Part shown: in pieces, positions 61,199 to 64,000 of the stretch
Layout of the letters: the number at the start of each line of letters is the position of its first letter
How positions within the stretch are numbered: the first letter of the stretch is position 1
Assembly: GCA_031549195.1 (NCBI GenBank)
Contig: JAVBQF010000001.1
Location: 103,218-167,217, forward strand
Source: Bacilli bacterium
Lineage (GTDB): Bacteria > Bacillota_I > Bacilli_A > RF39 > UBA660
Direction of reading: 5' to 3'
DNA: 64,000 nt
Position numbers and translations under genes: made by a program
The notes under the pieces: generated by a model
Told to the model about the DNA's origin: nothing
The model's database searches: none
What the model saw: the letters and a program-made list of their open reading frames with translations, nothing else

Positions 61199-61903
61199 AT
61201 GAGTAATGTTAGAAAAGAATTTTGGAACAATCAATATTGGAATAAGCATCTTGCTGATAATGGTGAAAAGGGACATGACTTCTTGGATGACTTCTGGCTT
61301 GATAAATATAAATCTATTATTGATAAGATACCAAAAGGAAGAGTGCTAGACCTAGGTTGTGGCCTTGGGCAATATACTAAATACTTTATGGATTTAGGCT
61401 TTGAAGTTGTGTCTGCGGATATATCTTTAGATGTTCTAAAAAGACTTAAAAAAGATATCCCAAATGCAACTGTAATTGAACTTGATATGAGTGAGCCTTT
61501 GCCGTTTGAGGATGGTTCTTTTGATGTTGTATTTTCAAATTTAGCAATCCACTATTTTGATGCTGATACAACTAGTAAGTTATTAGGTGAAATTAGAAGA
61601 ATACAAAAGGAAACTGGTAAATTTATTGGATCTGTTAATTCTTCAAAAATAAGAGAATTAATCAAAGGTGAGGTTATTGAAATAGAACCGGGCTATTATT
61701 TAGAAAATGGAAGATATGCTAGATTATTTGATGAACAGGGATTTGACTTGTTTTCACCATGTTTTAGCTTTGAAGTTTTAGATGAAGTTACAACAACTAG
61801 ATGGGGCAGAACCAAAATCATGTGGGAGTTTATTGCTACACCAAGAGAAAAGCAAATTGGTCAAAAAAGTGGCAATAGTGATAATTTGCAGTTAAAAAAA
61901 TAG
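61199..61903 (+). CDS. Class I SAM-dependent methyltransferase
   Basis: VLDLGCGLGQYT (motif I), DVVFSNLAIHYF (motif II/III). Confidence 0.75.
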   Translation: MSNVRKEFWNNQYWNKHLADNGEKGHDFLDDFWLDKYKSIIDKIPKGRVLDLGCGLGQYTKYFMDLGFEVVSADISLDVLKRLKKDIPNATVIELDMSEPLPFEDGSFDVVFSNLAIHYFDADTTSKLLGEIRRIQKETGKFIGSVNSSKIRELIKGEVIEIEPGYYLENGRYARLFDEQGFDLFSPCFSFEVLDEVTTTRWGRTKIMWEFIATPREKQIGQKSGNSDNLQLKK

Positions 61904-61922
61904 TAATAAAAGGGATGATAAA

Positions 61923-62381
61923 ATGAGTAGTACACAATATATAATTATAGAATTAATCCCAGAGGCTATATCACCAGAAAAAGGAAACTTAGTTCAATTA
62001 TCTGCAATACGATTAAAAGGATTAGAATTGTTAGACAGATTTGATTATCGAATAGCTGAAGAAATGATTCAAAATAGAGATGTAAAGGAAATGGTTTGTT
62101 ATAACAAAGAATCTTTTCATTATGTAAAATCCACAGAAGAAATATTGAAAAGTTTTAAAAAGTGGGCTAAAAACACAAATTTACTAATATTAGATAATAT
62201 ATATACAAATAATTTTTTAAAAGATATTAAAAACAAAAAAGAGTTTATTGGTAAATATTTAAATATGGAATATACAGATGATTTTATTGATAAAGTTATA
62301 GAAAAATATAACTTAGAACCTAGTAACTATATTGTTGATTTATTATATGAGGCATTAATTTATGAAAGTAATATCAAATAA
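61923..62381 (+). CDS. Hypothetical protein, DnaQ/PolC-type 3'-5' exonuclease fold with substituted catalytic residues
   Basis: YIIIELIPE...LVQLSAIRLKGLELLDRFD parallels PolC exonuclease YVVFDVETTG...IIELAAVKVKGGEIIDKFE. ExoII-like LILDNIYTNNFL. The DEDDh acidic residues are mostly replaced. Confidence 0.4.
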   Translation: MSSTQYIIIELIPEAISPEKGNLVQLSAIRLKGLELLDRFDYRIAEEMIQNRDVKEMVCYNKESFHYVKSTEEILKSFKKWAKNTNLLILDNIYTNNFLKDIKNKKEFIGKYLNMEYTDDFIDKVIEKYNLEPSNYIVDLLYEALIYESNIK

Positions 62382-62387
62382 AACCAG

Positions 62388-62416
62388 TTGAAAATAGATG
62401 AGGATTATGCTATAAT
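62388..62416 (+). promoter_or_regulatory. Sigma-A promoter of ssrA
   Basis: TTGAAA (62388-62393), 17-nt spacer, TATAAT (62411-62416), 10 nt before the tmRNA 5' GGGG. Confidence 0.7.
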
Positions 62417-62426
62417 CTTCACACAT

Positions 62427-62780
62427 GGGGTCGATATGGTTTCGACGGGATAGGAAGAACATAGATGGCAAGTCGAGGTAAACGTAAATGCATCAGTTAA
62501 AAATAACTGGAAATAATTATAATAATTTAGCTTTCGCTGCTTAATAGAGTAAGACGGGCTAGTTTCTTATAAATCTTTATCTACGAGATTTATTAGAGAC
62601 TCATTAAAGTAGATTATATTATTACCTAACTTGAGGGTAATAATGAATTTTATCAAGTTAGTTATATAAGTTATTTGTTAATTAGTTTTTTATATAATGA
62701 AATTGAATAATTAACTAAACTTGTAGAAGTTTATGCCTCATCTATTTCGGACGGGAGTTCAATTCTCCCCGGCTCCACCA
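62427..62780 (+). ncRNA. ssrA: Transfer-messenger RNA (tmRNA)
   Basis: 5' GGGGUCG pairs with 3' CGGCUCC-ACCA (G3:U alanine identity pair). T-arm GGGAGTTCAATTCTCCC. Internal tag frame GGA AAT AAT TAT AAT AAT TTA GCT TTC GCT GCT TAA TAG (62509-62547). Confidence 0.93.
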
Positions 62781-62796
62781 ATTTTTATGAAATATT

Positions 62797-62818
62797 AAAG
62801 GTTGAAAAGCCTTTTTTT
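62797..62818 (+). terminator. Weak terminator after ssrA
   Basis: AAAGGT-TGAAAA-GCCTTT with a T-run. Confidence 0.45.
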
Positions 62819-62870
62819 ATGCTATAATATAAAAACAGCTTCTGAATAAAGAGAAAGGAACAGTTTTATA

Positions 62871-63431
62871 ATGAAAAATATATTTTTATTAGGTGTTTCA
62901 AGATCAGGAAAGACTACTTTGGCAAAAATGTTTAGAGAAAAATATCCTATATATCAATTATTAGATTGCGACAGTATTCGTTTTGCGTATAAAAAAAGTT
63001 TGAAAAAATTCGCAGAATTTCACGTTAATGATGTAGGAAAATCATGTGAATATCAAACATTTATCAGTGAGTACTATGTTGGAACAATTAGCAATAATAA
63101 AGACTTAAAATATATACTTGATACTGTGGACTTGTCCATAGAACAAGCCCTAAAAATTCATTCAGATGAAATAATAGTTTGCTTTGGCTACGCGAATTTA
63201 ACAATAACTGAAATTGTTGAGAATTATAAAAAATATGATGATACAAATTGGACAGAAGAAAAAACAGCAGAAGCAATATATAAAAAAGCAAATAGGTGGT
63301 TAGATGTAAGCAATAGTCTTGAAAAGGCTTGTGAAAAATATAATATAAAATATTTTGATACTGGAACAAATAGAAAGAAAGTTCTAAACGAAGCTTTTAA
63401 ATGGATTGAAACGCAAAATAGTAAAGACTAA
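62871..63431 (+). CDS. P-loop NTPase / small-molecule-kinase-like protein
   Basis: Walker A at the N-terminus (LLGVSRSGKTT). Size and layout of AAA_33/zeta-toxin-like kinases. No further motif assigned. Confidence 0.5.
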   Translation: MKNIFLLGVSRSGKTTLAKMFREKYPIYQLLDCDSIRFAYKKSLKKFAEFHVNDVGKSCEYQTFISEYYVGTISNNKDLKYILDTVDLSIEQALKIHSDEIIVCFGYANLTITEIVENYKKYDDTNWTEEKTAEAIYKKANRWLDVSNSLEKACEKYNIKYFDTGTNRKKVLNEAFKWIETQNSKD

Positions 63432-63677
63432 TTATTTATAATTAATGTGTCAATGACGGTGATAAAATGTATATAAATAGCGGTTAAAAAATGTAGTTGA
63501 ACCACTAAAAAATGCTACACCTTCTTTAGTAATAAAGGAAGTGAGTAAATTAGAAAGAGGAAAATAGATGTTTTTGAAGTTGGAATGGGAGTTGATAATC
63601 ACTATACAACTTTATGAAGTCAGTTCAATATATATAAGCGCATATTATTTGTTATCTGAATCTTAACAATAGAGATT

Positions 63678-63718
63678 AAAAAAAGTAATTATATCAAATA
63701 TAATTACTTATTTTTTTA
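63678..63718. terminator. Bidirectional terminator shared by convergent units
   Basis: 10-bp perfect stem AGTAATTATA / TATAATTACT (63684-63693 / 63699-63708), with an A-run on the 5' side and a T-run on the 3' side. The pepF stop (TCA on +, 63694-63696) sits in the loop. Confidence 0.75.
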
Positions 63719-64000
63719 ACAATTTCTTTTAATGTATTCTCATCGAATGGTGATTTCATTCCGACTTTTTTCACTGTATCAACAAATGAATACATTCCTC
63801 CTTGTGAACAAAAATCAATATATTTATTCCAAGTCTCTTTTTCGTTATCTAAGCTTAATGCATAAAACTGTAATGCTATTGAATCTGCAAGAGCATAATC
63901 AATATAATAGAAAGGATTAGAAAAAATATGAGACTGTTTTTGCCAAGTGTTCCCTCTTTCTAAATAATTATTATCTTCAAAGTCGAGCCAGGGCATATAT
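63694..64000 (-). CDS. pepF: Oligoendopeptidase F (M3B), C-terminal fragment (5' end outside window)
   Basis: ...QKQSHIFSNPFYYIDYALADSIALQFY... is the conserved PepF C-terminal region. The frame is open to the window edge. Confidence 0.8.
   Translation of the reverse strand, partial: YMPWLDFEDNNYLERGNTWQKQSHIFSNPFYYIDYALADSIALQFYALSLDNEKETWNKYIDFCSQGGMYSFVDTVKKVGMKSPFDENTLKEIVKKISNYI

Noticed and set aside
63568-63666. 32-codon ORF (MFLKLEWELIITIQLYEVSSIYISAYYLLSES) with a decent SD in the ssrA-pepF spacer
   Set aside because: It is not hydrophobic enough for a type I toxin, has no antisense RNA signal that I can see, and has no family resemblance. It is mentioned under the post-ssrA finding only.
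62781-64000. att-like duplication of the tmRNA 3' end, or an integrase, that would mark an ssrA-inserted island
   Set aside because: No repeat of GGCTCCACCA or the T-arm sequence, and no recombinase gene, is found downstream within the window.
1-64000. CRISPR arrays, IS elements or transposases, tRNA or rRNA genes, riboswitches or T-boxes
   Set aside because: I saw no regularly spaced direct repeats, no transposase or integrase motifs, and no cloverleaf-type T-arm other than that of tmRNA. No leader is long or structured enough to call a riboswitch, apart from the r-protein leaders reported.

Overview
Visibly AT-rich (about 30% GC by eye, not computed) core-genome segment of a low-GC Gram-positive (Bacillota-type) bacterium. 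It is coded almost entirely on the + strand; only a femAB-family gene and a partial pepF are on the - strand. UGA is a stop codon, because prfB carries the classic CUU-UGA-C +1 frameshift. murD, femX and lgt are present, so this is a walled organism rather than a Mycoplasma. Gene order: tilS'-ftsH, dusB, lysS, clpC, prfB, two yitT paralogs, ftsE-ftsX-M23 peptidase, several singly transcribed accessory-type genes, uvrB-patatin-radical SAM-uvrA, lgt-trxB, secE-nusG-[unknown 346 aa]-rplK-rplA-rplJ-rplL, a ybxB-like methyltransferase, rpoB-rpoC, two small membrane-anchored unknowns, rpsL-rpsG-fusA-tuf, femX(-), murD, eno, secG, an ABC exporter, rnr, capA-like, smpB, two inserted genes, tmRNA (ssrA), a P-loop protein and pepF'(-). 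I found no CRISPR array, transposase, integrase, tRNA or rRNA gene, and no recognisable defence system. The points most worth a second look: (1) an unassignable 346-aa internally duplicated ORF wedged between nusG and rplK; (2) a 24-codon leader ORF with mutually exclusive terminator/antiterminator pairings upstream of the ABC exporter; (3) uvrB and uvrA split by tightly coupled patatin-like and radical-SAM/SPASM-like genes; (4) two 23S-rRNA L1-stalk mimics, one before rplK and one before rplA; (5) an orphan promoter-terminator unit (sRNA candidate) after rplL; (6) a catalytically degenerate exonuclease-like gene between smpB and ssrA. All family calls come from reading motifs by eye, with no database search. 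Several ORF-track starts were moved to internal start codons that have a Shine-Dalgarno sequence.
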